DNA of 64,000 nt, taken from the IMG/VR virus record IMGVR_UViG_3300023283_000173, positions 1 to 64,000 of that record; one strand, given 5' to 3'. Made by a program: the position numbers and the translations under genes. The DNA is from a virus. Its lineage: Duplodnaviria; Caudoviricetes. Below, one piece after another: positions 17,132-27,064 of the stretch (positions are counted from its first letter, which is position 1; every line of letters begins with the position of its first letter). The notes under the pieces were generated by a model. That model was not told where the DNA came from. It searched no databases and worked only from the letters and a program-made list of their open reading frames with translations.

Positions 17132-18164
17132 CGCTTACCTCCGTCACCCGTCTGACGATCTCTCTCTTAATCCTCTCCTCGAGGTCCCGGTCGGAGAGGA
17201 CCGCGTCCCTGCAGTCGGACAGACGCGGGTACTCCTCGCCGAGCATCTTCCACCTCTTGTTCGACTTCTCGATCATGCCGAGCTCCCTCATGTAACTCAG
17301 CACAGTCTCCCAGTCATCCGACCTCCCGACGCCGACCCCGTCCGGCGCATAGGTGACTATCTTGCACTTTCCGGAGACGGAGTAGATCGGGACCTTCCAC
17401 TTCTTGATCACGAAGGTGACGGCCTTCTTGACCGGTATCACCTTGCTCACACTCTCATCGACCTCGTTCTTGCCGTAGACCCTGAGAGTCAGGTGCGAGT
17501 GGAACAGTTGGGCGTTGCCTCCGGGCAGCACCTCGGGACTACCGAACATCACTCCTACCTTCATCCTGACCTGGTTGATGTAGCAGACCGTCAGGTGCCT
17601 ATCGTCCTTCCACGCCTGCTGCAGAGCCTGCGCCGCCTTTCTGCACAACTTGCCGACGACGATCGAGGCCCCACCCGGCTGCGCCTTATCGGCGCTGCTC
17701 TCGAGCTCCTGAGCGGTCACCATGGCCGCCAGGCTGTCCACCCCCACGAACCCCACGTCGTCGGCGTACATGAAGCTCTCTATCATGTCGACGGCCTGCT
17801 CGGCATACCCCGGACGCACGACCACGAGCCTGTCCACGTCCACTCCCATTTTCCGCGCCCAGTCAGGGTCGAACGCATGCTCCAGGTCGACGAACACGCA
17901 CACCTCGTGCGGCCAGATACGCTGGTGCGAGGCCATGGCCTTCAGCATGATACTCGTCTTCGCCGAAGACTCCGGTCCGAATATGATAGACGGACGACCC
18001 TTCGGGAAGCCTCCCCCGAGGGCGAGGTCGAGCTCGAACAGGCCGGTCGGTATGCGCTCAGTATCCTCGTGCTCCGCTCCCACACTCACGACCCTCTCAC
18101 CCAACTTCGCCTGATAGACGTCGACCAGCCCCTGGGCCGTGGTCGTGTCCCTCGACTTAGTCAT
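17112..18164 (-). CDS. recA: RecA/UvsX-like recombinase
   Basis: PTGLFELDLALGGG, GPESSAKT, VDSLAAM, INQVRMKVGVMFGSPE. Confidence 0.9.
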   Translation of the reverse strand: MTKSRDTTTAQGLVDVYQAKLGERVVSVGAEHEDTERIPTGLFELDLALGGGFPKGRPSIIFGPESSAKTSIMLKAMASHQRIWPHEVCVFVDLEHAFDPDWARKMGVDVDRLVVVRPGYAEQAVDMIESFMYADDVGFVGVDSLAAMVTAQELESSADKAQPGGASIVVGKLCRKAAQALQQAWKDDRHLTVCYINQVRMKVGVMFGSPEVLPGGNAQLFHSHLTLRVYGKNEVDESVSKVIPVKKAVTFVIKKWKVPIYSVSGKCKIVTYAPDGVGVGRSDDWETVLSYMRELGMIEKSNKRWKMLGEEYPRLSDCRDAVLSDRDLEERIKREIVRRVTEVSDETPTG

Positions 18165-18480
18165 CGTCGGCCACCAGCCTGTTGAGCTTCTCGTCCACCC
18201 ACTTCTCGCAGAACTCAAACACCTCGTCGAGTTCCTGGAAGCTCGACGGAGCCGTCAGGCTCACCCCGACCTTGATCGAGTTGTAGTTGCCCTGGTTGAT
18301 CGTCATGTGCGCCGACACGTTCACCCTGTACGGCGCGTGGGTCACCTTGTCCGGCCCCTCCTCGGCGACCTTACCTGTCGAGAGAGGTACCTTCTCGTCG
18401 TAGTCCTTGATCTCGCCGGTCTTCGTGTCCTCCACGGAGCTGTGTGCGTGGCCCTGCTTCTTCTCGATCTTGATCGGCAT
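18157..18480 (-). CDS. Conserved hypothetical phage protein
   Basis: TINQGNYNSIKVGV motif; RBS. Confidence 0.65.
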   Translation of the reverse strand: MPIKIEKKQGHAHSSVEDTKTGEIKDYDEKVPLSTGKVAEEGPDKVTHAPYRVNVSAHMTINQGNYNSIKVGVSLTAPSSFQELDEVFEFCEKWVDEKLNRLVADDD

Positions 18481-18489
18481 CTGACTCTC

Positions 18490-19836
18490 CTAGTTCATGT
18501 CTACTACGTCTGCGTCGATAGACCTGTACCACCGCAGCCTCTTGAGGGAATAGGCCTGATACACGGGACTGTCCGAGTCCACCAGGTCTACCCACACCGG
18601 ACTCTGCTTACCCTCGAACTCCCTCCTGATGCGTCCACACACCTGCTCGACCTGCGCCCTCGGCATGGCGAGTACGCCCGCGTCCAGCCACGGCACGTCA
18701 GTACCCTCCGACATCATCCCGAAAGTCGTCGTGATGATCGGTCGCAACAGTACTCTCTCGCGCCTCTCGGACTCTCTCACGTTGGACACTGGTCCGTAGC
18801 GTCCGATCTCACGCCGCGACACACCTCTCTGCACGACAGCTCTCTCGATCGAGTCCAAGTGAGACAGCAAGCTCGAGAAGACGACCGTATGCCTCCCCTT
18901 CCTGTACAGAGTCACGACGAGGTCGGCAATCATCGCCGTGCGCTCCGGGTCGGCGGCGAGGGCCCTGTCTACGTGCGCACTCTTTCCAGGCTCGTGAGGC
19001 ATACGCACGATCTTACGCTCGCCCTTGATCTTCCGCGGTACCCTCGGGCACGTCCACCCCGTCTTATACCTCAATACCTTGGGCACCAGCGGCTGCAGGC
19101 CGACCTCCAGGGCCACCTCACCGATATGTGCGGCGACGAGCAGGTCCTTGCCGTCGTACCGTCGCGGCGTCGCCGACATACCTATCCTGACACGCGCCGG
19201 AAACATGTCGGCCACGACCGAGAACTGGTCGGCCGGGACCCTATGCGTCTCGTCGTACACCACCGTACCGAACTGCGCGCGGTCGAGGTCGGGATACCTG
19301 TCCGGCTTCGAGAGCGAGTGTATCATCGCGACGCACACGGCCCTGCCGTCGGTCTCGCACCTGTCCTGCTGTATGACACCCACTCTGTACGCGGGTAGCC
19401 CCAGCATCTCTCGTGCCGACTCGACCCACTGCTCCAGCAAGTCCTGTTTGGTCACGACCACGAGCGCCTTCCTTCCCCGCGCCGCGACCGCCCGCAGCGC
19501 CCACGCGGTCTTACCCCACCCTGTTCCGGCGACGGCTACGAACGACCGCCCGTCGAGCACCATCGACTCGATCTCTGAAAACGCCTCAACCTGGTAGTCG
19601 CGCGGCTCCGGTCTGGCGGGGAACTGCACCTCCTCGCCGTCGGAGGTCTCGTCGGGCTCCCGCGGGCAAAGTGCCCGGGCTACGAGCAGGTGGTCACCGA
19701 CTCTCCTGGCCAGGTGTACCTCGTCTCCCAGTCGAGACCGGAACCTCAGGCGCCTGTCGAGCTTCCTCGAGTAGGGGTAGTAGGCCGCCTCGGCCACCCT
19801 CAGGGGGGTGTCAATTACCCGGTACCGAGAGAGCAC
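18490..19836 (-). CDS. SF2 (UvsW-like) helicase
   Basis: GTGWGKT, YDETH, SAT, QVCGRIRR. Confidence 0.88.
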   Translation of the reverse strand: MLSRYRVIDTPLRVAEAAYYPYSRKLDRRLRFRSRLGDEVHLARRVGDHLLVARALCPREPDETSDGEEVQFPARPEPRDYQVEAFSEIESMVLDGRSFVAVAGTGWGKTAWALRAVAARGRKALVVVTKQDLLEQWVESAREMLGLPAYRVGVIQQDRCETDGRAVCVAMIHSLSKPDRYPDLDRAQFGTVVYDETHRVPADQFSVVADMFPARVRIGMSATPRRYDGKDLLVAAHIGEVALEVGLQPLVPKVLRYKTGWTCPRVPRKIKGERKIVRMPHEPGKSAHVDRALAADPERTAMIADLVVTLYRKGRHTVVFSSLLSHLDSIERAVVQRGVSRREIGRYGPVSNVRESERRERVLLRPIITTTFGMMSEGTDVPWLDAGVLAMPRAQVEQVCGRIRREFEGKQSPVWVDLVDSDSPVYQAYSLKRLRWYRSIDADVVDMN

Positions 19837-19837
19837 C

Positions 19838-20680
19838 TCAGAGCTCGTTCTCTAGGCTCTCCTGGTCCACCTTCTGGTCGATCCCGGGACCGCGCACCGG
19901 ACTGCCCGCGCCGAGGCGTACCAGCTCGTCCGCGGTGAAGTAGTGGATCTCCTCCGAGTAGTCGGCGGGCACTACGTCCTCGGCGGAGAGGCCGTACTTC
20001 TGGGCTACCTGCTCGAGGGTGTCGTGCTTCTCCTCGAAGTCGAACTGAGACCCGACGCCGGGACTCCGGTCGTCCGCCCGAGACACCTCGAAAGTACAGC
20101 CCGTCAGTCCACCTCGCTTGTTGGCGATCTTGGTCAGTGTCTGGAGCGTCGTCTGCTTCGCGACGAACAACTTCCTCTGGTTCCTGACCTCCTTACCTGC
20201 GTTCTGACCGCGCTTGATCTTGTGCGGCGTGTGGTCGATGATCGTCATGACGCCGACCAGCGCGGCCTTCTCGTCGGCCTGACATATCGGACACGGCTCC
20301 TGGTCACCGACACAGACGTAATTCTTGATCCTGCCGGCCACGCGAACCGTGTGCTCGTAGTACATCGGTACGTCGAGCATCCCGTCCTCGTCGAGCTCGC
20401 CATCCAGAAACGTAATCCGTCGGTCCTGCTCGGGCGACATCCAGAACCGGAACAGCCCTCCGCGCTCCGCCTCCTGCGCCTCGCGCCTCGCTCTCTCCTG
20501 CTCTAGCGCCTGCTTGGCTTGGTCACCGCGCTTAAGGAAGCTCGGACTCTGCTTCTCCGACGAGTCTCCCGACGCGGGCTGATCTGAGAACCCACCCCCG
20601 GTCTCCTGCGTCGACTCGGTCTTCGACTGCGGTGCGGTGTTCTTGGACGAGGGAAACTTCTGTCCGAAGTGGATAGGCAT
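19838..20680 (-). CDS. Single-stranded DNA-binding protein (putative)
   Basis: CxxC-containing core, OB-like YEVSR, acidic C-terminus, replication context. Confidence 0.65.
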   Translation of the reverse strand: MPIHFGQKFPSSKNTAPQSKTESTQETGGGFSDQPASGDSSEKQSPSFLKRGDQAKQALEQERARREAQEAERGGLFRFWMSPEQDRRITFLDGELDEDGMLDVPMYYEHTVRVAGRIKNYVCVGDQEPCPICQADEKAALVGVMTIIDHTPHKIKRGQNAGKEVRNQRKLFVAKQTTLQTLTKIANKRGGLTGCTFEVSRADDRSPGVGSQFDFEEKHDTLEQVAQKYGLSAEDVVPADYSEEIHYFTADELVRLGAGSPVRGPGIDQKVDQESLENEL

Positions 20681-20768
20681 CGTGCATCTCCTAGGTCTGT
20701 TGATAGACGCCTTGGTCTCTACGAGACCCGTGTATTCTGCCCTCTCGGGCAATCGCAGGCAAGAAGTT

Positions 20769-21746
20769 TTACAGCGCGTAGCTCGCCTCCAGCATGTTCC
20801 TCACGAGGCTCTCTACCTCGTCTTTCGTCATCTCTCCGGGGTCCTTCCTGTGGTCCGGGACGTACGCATGGACGACGTCTACGCCGTAGCGCCCCAGCAC
20901 TCTCTCGACGCGCGCCCTGCCCGCGTCCCCGGCATCACCGCGGTCGAGCATCGTGATCACCGAGCTACAGTGACGTAGCCTCCGGTACTTTTCCCTCGTC
21001 GCGTAGCTCGACAGCATCGCCACCACGTTGGGGTACACCCTGTCGACGGACGCGTAGTCGAAGGCGCCCTCGACCACGACCAGTGGCGCGTCGGAGTTCA
21101 TGACGTGCTCCCCGAGCCACACGTCCGCGCAGCTCATGTCCCTGTACTTGTAGACCCGGTAGCGAGGCTCCGCTCCGTCTACGGACCGTCCCTGCATGCC
21201 TCGGACGCGGCCGGATACGTCGCGCACGGGGAAACACACCCTCCTCTCGACCGGGTCGGCCCTCAGGTCGAACCTCACCACCTGCTCATCGGTCACCCCG
21301 CGGTCGACGAGGTAGTTCACCGCCCATCCGTACTCCCGGACGTCCGGGAAACTCTCCAGCCACCAGTCTGGCCACTCATGCTCGTCGTCCAGTCTCGCCT
21401 CGAGCACCTCGCCGACGTCCGGGGCCTCGGCATGCTCCACCTCCTTATCTGAGTCACAGAGGGTCAGGGCCTCGCCGTACCTGCAGCCATCGACGAGCCG
21501 ATCTATGCTGTTCAGACGCCTATGCTCGAAGACCAAAGTCGACATCCGACCGCTCCACCCGCACGAGAAGCAGTGCGTTCTGGCGTCGCCTGGCTCGTGG
21601 CGTATCCCGAAGGACGGGTTCCTGTCCTCGCCTCCGTGACGCCACGGGCCGAGGGGACAGTGAGCCACGAGCCAGCCCGCCCTCGACTGGTCCGCCGCGG
21701 GACGTGCCTGCAGTAGCTCCAGGTACCCTGTCAGCCGCTCACTCAA
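20769..21746 (-). CDS. dnaG: DNA primase (Zn finger + TOPRIM)
   Basis: CPL..H..DRNPSF...HCFSCG; VVVEGAFD; MLDRGDAG; TTG start after GGGAGGG. Confidence 0.85.
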   Translation of the reverse strand: MSERLTGYLELLQARPAADQSRAGWLVAHCPLGPWRHGGEDRNPSFGIRHEPGDARTHCFSCGWSGRMSTLVFEHRRLNSIDRLVDGCRYGEALTLCDSDKEVEHAEAPDVGEVLEARLDDEHEWPDWWLESFPDVREYGWAVNYLVDRGVTDEQVVRFDLRADPVERRVCFPVRDVSGRVRGMQGRSVDGAEPRYRVYKYRDMSCADVWLGEHVMNSDAPLVVVEGAFDYASVDRVYPNVVAMLSSYATREKYRRLRHCSSVITMLDRGDAGDAGRARVERVLGRYGVDVVHAYVPDHRKDPGEMTKDEVESLVRNMLEASYAL

Positions 21747-21824
21747 GATTGACCCTCCCCGACAGGACGCGGCGCAGGAACGCACCCACCTGCCTCCGCG
21801 CGGAAACGTCGTTGTACGCCATGT

Positions 21825-21863
21825 TGAAGCGTAGCATTCCGGAAAACGCGGTCCAACCGCAAC
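21825..21863 (-). promoter_or_regulatory. 39-bp repeated element, copy A (probable promoter)
   Basis: 38/39 identical to 29412..29450; TTGGAC-17-TACGCT with extended TG. Confidence 0.6.
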
Positions 21864-21918
21864 GCGGGGGGTCGAACACCGGGAGCGGCCCGATGGCCGG
21901 GAAGTCGTACACGGCCAC

Positions 21919-22359
21919 CTACCTCTTCGTGATCTTGATGCCGCGTGGTCCGCGCAGCTCCTCGAGCACATTCGACCTCTCCTCCGGGGTCAGGTAGTCG
22001 TCGACCGCCTTGAGGGGAACCGAGATCACGTCGTAGAAGGTGTCGTCCCCGAGAATCGCGTGCACCTCACGCGGGTCCCTCACGCGACGACTGCGGCCCA
22101 TCGGCCGGACCTCGAGACGGTACCTGCGACCCTCGACGCGCACGACTTCGTCCGGGTCTCGGTCCGAGAACACCGCGTTGACCGCGTCCTGCAGCCTGTC
22201 GACCGCGACCCTGTGCTCGCGCTGCTGCTCCTGTAATCGCTTGATCTTCGCCTTGATCTTCTCGATCTCGTACTCGGCGTCACCGGCACTGTCGACGAGG
22301 TCTGGGATGGACGTCTCGTCCACCTCCGCCTGCTGTTTCTGGTCGAACTGTGTAGCCAC
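21919..22359 (-). CDS. Coiled-coil hypothetical protein
   Basis: 146 aa; CCAAGGAGGG leader. Confidence 0.65.
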   Translation of the reverse strand: MATQFDQKQQAEVDETSIPDLVDSAGDAEYEIEKIKAKIKRLQEQQREHRVAVDRLQDAVNAVFSDRDPDEVVRVEGRRYRLEVRPMGRSRRVRDPREVHAILGDDTFYDVISVPLKAVDDYLTPEERSNVLEELRGPRGIKITKR

Positions 22360-22406
22360 CTGACCCTCCTTGGTCGATTAGAGTGATGTTGTCTAGTTAC
22401 GGGTTA

Positions 22407-22435
22407 ACTATCGCACATTTAAGTTAGGATGTAAA
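22407..22435 (-). promoter_or_regulatory. Possible sigma70-like promoter
   Basis: TTTACA-17-GATAGT in an AT-rich gap. Confidence 0.45.
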
Positions 22436-22441
22436 GTGTTA

Positions 22442-23692
22442 TCAGATACTGTCCAACTCCTCCAGGTCGTCCTCGGACGTCTCCGAGAAGTCTGCGTTCT
22501 CGAAGTCCCACTTTACGAAGAACTTACCGACCTCCCCGGACCTACCCTTCATGATCTCTACCCGTCTCCTCTGCATGGTCTCGACCGACTCCTCCTCGAA
22601 CATCCCGAGTACGACGCTCGACACCTGGGCTATACTGTCCGCGTAACCTATGTCCTCGAGCCCCACCTCGTCGCCCTTCTTCTTCTTTTTGAGCTTCCGG
22701 GCCGCCTCCCGCGAGAACTGCCAGCTCGCGACGACGGGAGCCTCCGCCGACAGCTTCTGCTTTATCAGGTCGGAGTTCTCCGCAACCCTCTTGTACCTGT
22801 CTCTCTCTGTCGGGTGTTTCAGTAGGTATGCTCCGTCGATGTAGACCACGTCGGGCTTCATACTGCGCATCAAGGTCCACACGTCGTCGACCGTGGCGGC
22901 CATGTTGCCGTCGACGACCCAGAACGCGTTAGGGGCGTCCCTGACCTTGGTCAGACCCTCCTTGAGTCTCTCCCTGTGCGCCTTCGACAGCCCGGCCCTT
23001 TTGAGGCGGTACGGGGGCACGCCGACCTCCATCGCGGCCAGACGCTGCTCCACCAGCAGGTGACTCATCTCCATGGTGACCAGCATCACGTCTCGACCCT
23101 GATGTTTCCAGGCGTGGTGTGCGTTGTAGAAGACCAACCAGGACTTTCCCGCGCCCGTCCTCCCGACCATGGACAGCACGTCTCCGGTCACGAGGCCGTT
23201 GGTCATGTCGTCCAACGTGGGCCACCCGAGCGTCACGCCGGCGACACTCTCCGAGGTCCAGGTCTGTAGGTAGTCCTGGAACACCAGGTCGTAAGCCTGC
23301 CGAAAGTCGTGCACGAGAGTGCTGTTCCTGCGCGACACCGTGTCCATCACACTCCTCGACAGCACGTCCAAGGCCTTCTCCGGGTCCTTTCCGTCCACGC
23401 CAAGGTACTGCTGGGCCTCCTTTACGGCCCCGCGGAGCGACAGCTCCACCCACCTCTGCTGCAGAACGTCGCGGTAGTAGGAGGGGGGGTCCTCCGCCTT
23501 CGGCAGCACCTCTCCCGTATGCGCCTCGAGGGTCTCCCTGGTAGGCAGCGCCCCGTACTCCCGCACAAAGTCGCGCACGAACTCGTACACGGGTAGCTCG
23601 GACTCCTTGAACAGGTGCTCATAGTCTGACGTGAGGGCCGACAGGTCGTCTGCGACCATGACGGACGCTATGTACCTGAGACCCAGTGACAT
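22442..23692 (-). CDS. dnaB: DnaB-like replicative helicase
   Basis: GRTGAGKS, LVTMEMS, YIDGAYL, QFSR, KGRSG. Confidence 0.9.
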   Translation of the reverse strand: MSLGLRYIASVMVADDLSALTSDYEHLFKESELPVYEFVRDFVREYGALPTRETLEAHTGEVLPKAEDPPSYYRDVLQQRWVELSLRGAVKEAQQYLGVDGKDPEKALDVLSRSVMDTVSRRNSTLVHDFRQAYDLVFQDYLQTWTSESVAGVTLGWPTLDDMTNGLVTGDVLSMVGRTGAGKSWLVFYNAHHAWKHQGRDVMLVTMEMSHLLVEQRLAAMEVGVPPYRLKRAGLSKAHRERLKEGLTKVRDAPNAFWVVDGNMAATVDDVWTLMRSMKPDVVYIDGAYLLKHPTERDRYKRVAENSDLIKQKLSAEAPVVASWQFSREAARKLKKKKKGDEVGLEDIGYADSIAQVSSVVLGMFEEESVETMQRRRVEIMKGRSGEVGKFFVKWDFENADFSETSEDDLEELDSI

Positions 23693-23696
23693 GCGC

Positions 23697-24242
23697 CTAC
23701 AGTCCCCTCACCACGTCGCCCATCGCCGACAGCACCTCGGGACCGTACGCGTCGAGCACGCGCCGCTCGCTCGACGCGGTGAACATCGTCTGCATGCGAC
23801 CGCGACGACGCGCGCCGAGTACGTCGAATATGGTCTGCGTCACGAGGGCACGCTGGTACTCACTCCCGACGGACTGCGGAGCGCATCTGGGTACGACCAC
23901 GCAGGTCGCGTCGAGTGCCTCGCCCTCTCGGTACGCCGTGACCAGCTCGTGCAGGGTCATGACGCGCACCCGGATGAAGTTGCGGAGCAGTGCTCCGGCG
24001 ACCGCCCCGCACACGTCGTCCGCCGCCTCGTCCGGACACGTCACCAGTACCGAGTGTCTCCGCTCTCCGGGATGGAACTTGAACCGACGTACCCACCGGA
24101 CCAGGCTCTCTCGACACACCTGTCCCATCGGGATCGCGACCCAACTCTTATCGATCCCCGCGTCCTCGGCGACGTGGTCCAGGTCCTGGAGTAGGCGCCG
24201 GTGAACGTCCTTGTCCAGAACACCTGTCGCGTGCTGTTCCAT
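23697..24242 (-). CDS. Degenerate DnaC/IstB-like helicase loader
   Basis: Between initiator and DnaB; IFDVLxxR...TMFT pattern but no intact Walker A. Confidence 0.55.
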   Translation of the reverse strand: MEQHATGVLDKDVHRRLLQDLDHVAEDAGIDKSWVAIPMGQVCRESLVRWVRRFKFHPGERRHSVLVTCPDEAADDVCGAVAGALLRNFIRVRVMTLHELVTAYREGEALDATCVVVPRCAPQSVGSEYQRALVTQTIFDVLGARRRGRMQTMFTASSERRVLDAYGPEVLSAMGDVVRGL

Positions 24243-24315
24243 CGTCTAGCATCGCTTTCTTCAGGGCGTCGAGCGTAACATTCCGAAAAACACAGTCTGA
24301 GCGCAACAGCGCAAC

Positions 24316-25188
24316 TCAGTCTAGCATCGCCTTCTTCAGCGCGTCGACGTCCACGTACGGCACCTTAGACTTCACCTCGTCCGAGGACGTATAGTCTATC
24401 TCCGGCTCGAAAGCCACAGCGGAGCGTGCATATTTCAACAGGAAGCCCGTCTTCGGCGTGGCGGGTACGTTGAACGCTCCCTCGTTCGACCTGGCGAACC
24501 GCGCGAAGGACGACCAGTCTTCGAGTACCTTCCGGAGGACTCCCACGGCCTCTCCGTCGGGGCACTTCTCGGCGAACCTCTTCAGTTGACCCCTCTCCTG
24601 CCCCGTCAGTGGGGGGACGAACTGCCCGGTCGCCTCGTGCACGCCGCACTTCCACTCCGCCTCGAGACTCCGACGGGAGTCACTCCTACCTCCAACTACG
24701 TCTCTCGCCTTCATGCTGTTCATGTCCTCTCCTGGAGGGGTGTCGTCGTGACGGGAGTCACGACAAGAAACTAGTGATGAAACTAGTGTATAAGAGATGG
24801 TGCCAGTTTTGGTATGAGGGTGGTGCCAGTTTTGGTATGAGGGTGGTGCCAGTTTTGGTATGAGGGGTCGGTCTCGTCCAGGTCTCTGTTCGGACCCCGA
24901 GACGACCCTCTCACCGTCTGCGGAGAGACGCGTCAGCAGACGTCTCTGATCGCGGAACATCGACGTCTCCGTCTCTACCAGACCCCTCTCCCGCAACTCG
25001 GTCATGGCGCGCATGCAGGCCCTCTCCGACAGACCCGTCTCCTCCGCCCACTCGCGATAGCCCTTGGCAACCCACGTGCGCCCTCTCAGCTCCACGCGAG
25101 CCCTGGGGTGCCAGTAGGCAACGCGGAACAGCAGTAGACCGTTTCGCGCGCCGCCGGCAGCCTCTACACACCGCGCTATCGTGTTCAT
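24316..25188 (-). CDS. Replication initiator (wHTH, lambda O-like)
   Basis: WAEETGLSERACMRAMTELRERGLV HTH; internal iterons; precedes loader and helicase. Confidence 0.75.
   Translation of the reverse strand: MNTIARCVEAAGGARNGLLLFRVAYWHPRARVELRGRTWVAKGYREWAEETGLSERACMRAMTELRERGLVETETSMFRDQRRLLTRLSADGERVVSGSEQRPGRDRPLIPKLAPPSYQNWHHPHTKTGTISYTLVSSLVSCRDSRHDDTPPGEDMNSMKARDVVGGRSDSRRSLEAEWKCGVHEATGQFVPPLTGQERGQLKRFAEKCPDGEAVGVLRKVLEDWSSFARFARSNEGAFNVPATPKTGFLLKYARSAVAFEPEIDYTSSDEVKSKVPYVDVDALKKAMLD
24798..24866. repeat. 3 x 23-bp perfect tandem repeat (iterons, putative origin)
   Basis: TGGTGCCAGTTTTGGTATGAGGG x3 inside the initiator gene, beside AT-rich AAACTAGTG x2. Confidence 0.8.
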
Positions 25189-25808
25189 TGATCCGAGTGC
25201 CCGCTCGCGTCAGACACCAGACCCTCGAGTGCCTTGACCAACTCCTCCGAGTAGTTGGTCACCTGCCCCGACGCGCTTTCCTTCATCTTCGCCGTGATCT
25301 CCCTCTGCTTGATCATGACGTCTATGGCTCGCCTGTTGGTCCGGTAGACGCGCGACCTGAGGGTCTCCGCGAGACGCGGGATCTCGTCCACCGGGGCGAC
25401 TCCGGCCAATTGCACCACATGCTCCACAGCCCTCACGAAGGGGTCGTTCTCGTCGGACCCCCTCTTCAGTACCTCGGCCACACCCTCGACGTCGTCGTCC
25501 ACCTCGAACGAGACCTCGAACACCGTCGACGCACGCCGCTCGTCGACCTTGGAAAACTCGACGTCCGGCCACCCCTCGGTCAGTGACTTCTGGGGTAGCG
25601 ACACAACGTTTCCCGTGTCCTTCTTCTCGTGTACCCACACCGACCGCAGCTTGCACGCCAGCATGTACATGTTGTCTCTCACGCGGACGATACCTGTCAC
25701 CTTCAGACCCAGGGCAACCCCCGGCTTCTCGACGACCACCAGGTAGTCCCTCTTCCCGGAGTTACCAGGTACCCACTCCTCATGCCTCTCGCTGCTCACG
25801 TCAGTCAT
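25185..25808 (-). CDS. Hypothetical protein
   Basis: 207-aa ORF coupled to neighbours. Confidence 0.65.
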   Translation of the reverse strand: MTDVSSERHEEWVPGNSGKRDYLVVVEKPGVALGLKVTGIVRVRDNMYMLACKLRSVWVHEKKDTGNVVSLPQKSLTEGWPDVEFSKVDERRASTVFEVSFEVDDDVEGVAEVLKRGSDENDPFVRAVEHVVQLAGVAPVDEIPRLAETLRSRVYRTNRRAIDVMIKQREITAKMKESASGQVTNYSEELVKALEGLVSDASGHSDQ

Positions 25809-26991
25809 CCGTGTTCTCCTCTGTAAGTTTTCGCTTCACCAGACATGTCGCCGCCTTGACGACCGAGGCATGAGACATCTCGCCTCCCTCGCTATACGGT
25901 AGCTGACCGATCGCACCCAGCAATTCGTCCTCACCGACGTGCACGCCGTACTCGTCGAACGTCGAGAGGAACACACCTGCGAACTCCATGGCAGCCTCGA
26001 GGTCGAGACCCGCGAGTACCATTGTGTCGTCGACCCTACCCTCCCTGTACAGCTCGGGCGGAATCTTCCTGCGGTCATTGGTCGTCATGACCGTGAGTAC
26101 GCGGCTCTCATGCTCGGCCAGCCACCACAGCAGTTGCGACATCATGGTCGACGTCGTTCCGCTCGAGTCGCTCATGCTCGACGCGAACACCTTCTCTACT
26201 TCATCCAGCAGCACCACACAGGGCTGCTCGTCGTCGAGCTGTGCCAGAGCTGTCGACAGTCGTCTCTCCGACTCGCCGACGTACTTGTTCTTCGCGGAGC
26301 CCACGTCCAGCCTGTAGAGAGGTACGCCTAGCGTTCTGGCCAGGTACTTGGCTCCCTCGGTCTTCCCCACACCAGGCATCCCGTCGAACAGCAGTCCGCG
26401 AGGTATCATCCGAGGGTCCTGAGAGTAGAGGAAGAACTCACCCTCCCTCTCGACCCAGTCCACTAGGTCGGGCGTCGGTATGTAGAAACTTCCGTCCAGG
26501 GTGACCTGGTACAGACCGTTCGAGTCCTGGAACAGATCCCTTCGCGAATGCAGCGTCCCGCTGGTCGTTACCTCTCCATCCCGCGCCAGGGTGAGCTGGA
26601 GGACGTCGCTGGTCTCCTTCAGGGTCAGTCCCCCGAGAGACCTCATGATCTGCTCTGTGCGGCCCTCGTCGACGACCCTGGAGACCACGGACCGCTTCAG
26701 AACCTGCGGTACAGGCAACTCGCCGACGTGCGTCACGTAGTCGGCCGTAGACTTCGGGTTCACCATGACGAGAGTCGATCCGACGGACAGCAACTTCGAG
26801 CAGGCCGGTCTCGCCGGAGGCTTGTCAGGCTCTATCTGCACGTATAGCGCCTTCGGTACAGGGGTCGCCACCGACCCCTGCTTGCACGTCTTCTTGTCGA
26901 CGACGTACTCGATCACCGTGTTGGCGTTGATCGTGTCGCGCGTAGACACCGACACGACCGGTATCATTGCCTTTACTGCAAGATCTAGCAT
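25801..26991 (-). CDS. AAA+ ATPase
   Basis: GMPGVGKT, VLLDEVEK, TTN..PPELxRxGRVD. Confidence 0.9.
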   Translation of the reverse strand: MLDLAVKAMIPVVSVSTRDTINANTVIEYVVDKKTCKQGSVATPVPKALYVQIEPDKPPARPACSKLLSVGSTLVMVNPKSTADYVTHVGELPVPQVLKRSVVSRVVDEGRTEQIMRSLGGLTLKETSDVLQLTLARDGEVTTSGTLHSRRDLFQDSNGLYQVTLDGSFYIPTPDLVDWVEREGEFFLYSQDPRMIPRGLLFDGMPGVGKTEGAKYLARTLGVPLYRLDVGSAKNKYVGESERRLSTALAQLDDEQPCVVLLDEVEKVFASSMSDSSGTTSTMMSQLLWWLAEHESRVLTVMTTNDRRKIPPELYREGRVDDTMVLAGLDLEAAMEFAGVFLSTFDEYGVHVGEDELLGAIGQLPYSEGGEMSHASVVKAATCLVKRKLTEENTDD

Positions 26992-27026
26992 CCACCCTCC
27001 TTGGTGTAGATGTTGGTTACTTACCT

Positions 27027-27055
27027 ATACTATACTCTATAGCGCGGACAGGCAA
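27027..27055 (-). promoter_or_regulatory. Sigma70-like promoter for the replication operon
   Basis: TTGCCT-17-TAGTAT. Confidence 0.55.
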
Positions 27056-27064
27056 GAGAAAAGT

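Noticed and set aside
24798-24866. CRISPR or guide array from the 23-bp repeats
   Set aside because: Head-to-tail with no spacers, inside a coding gene
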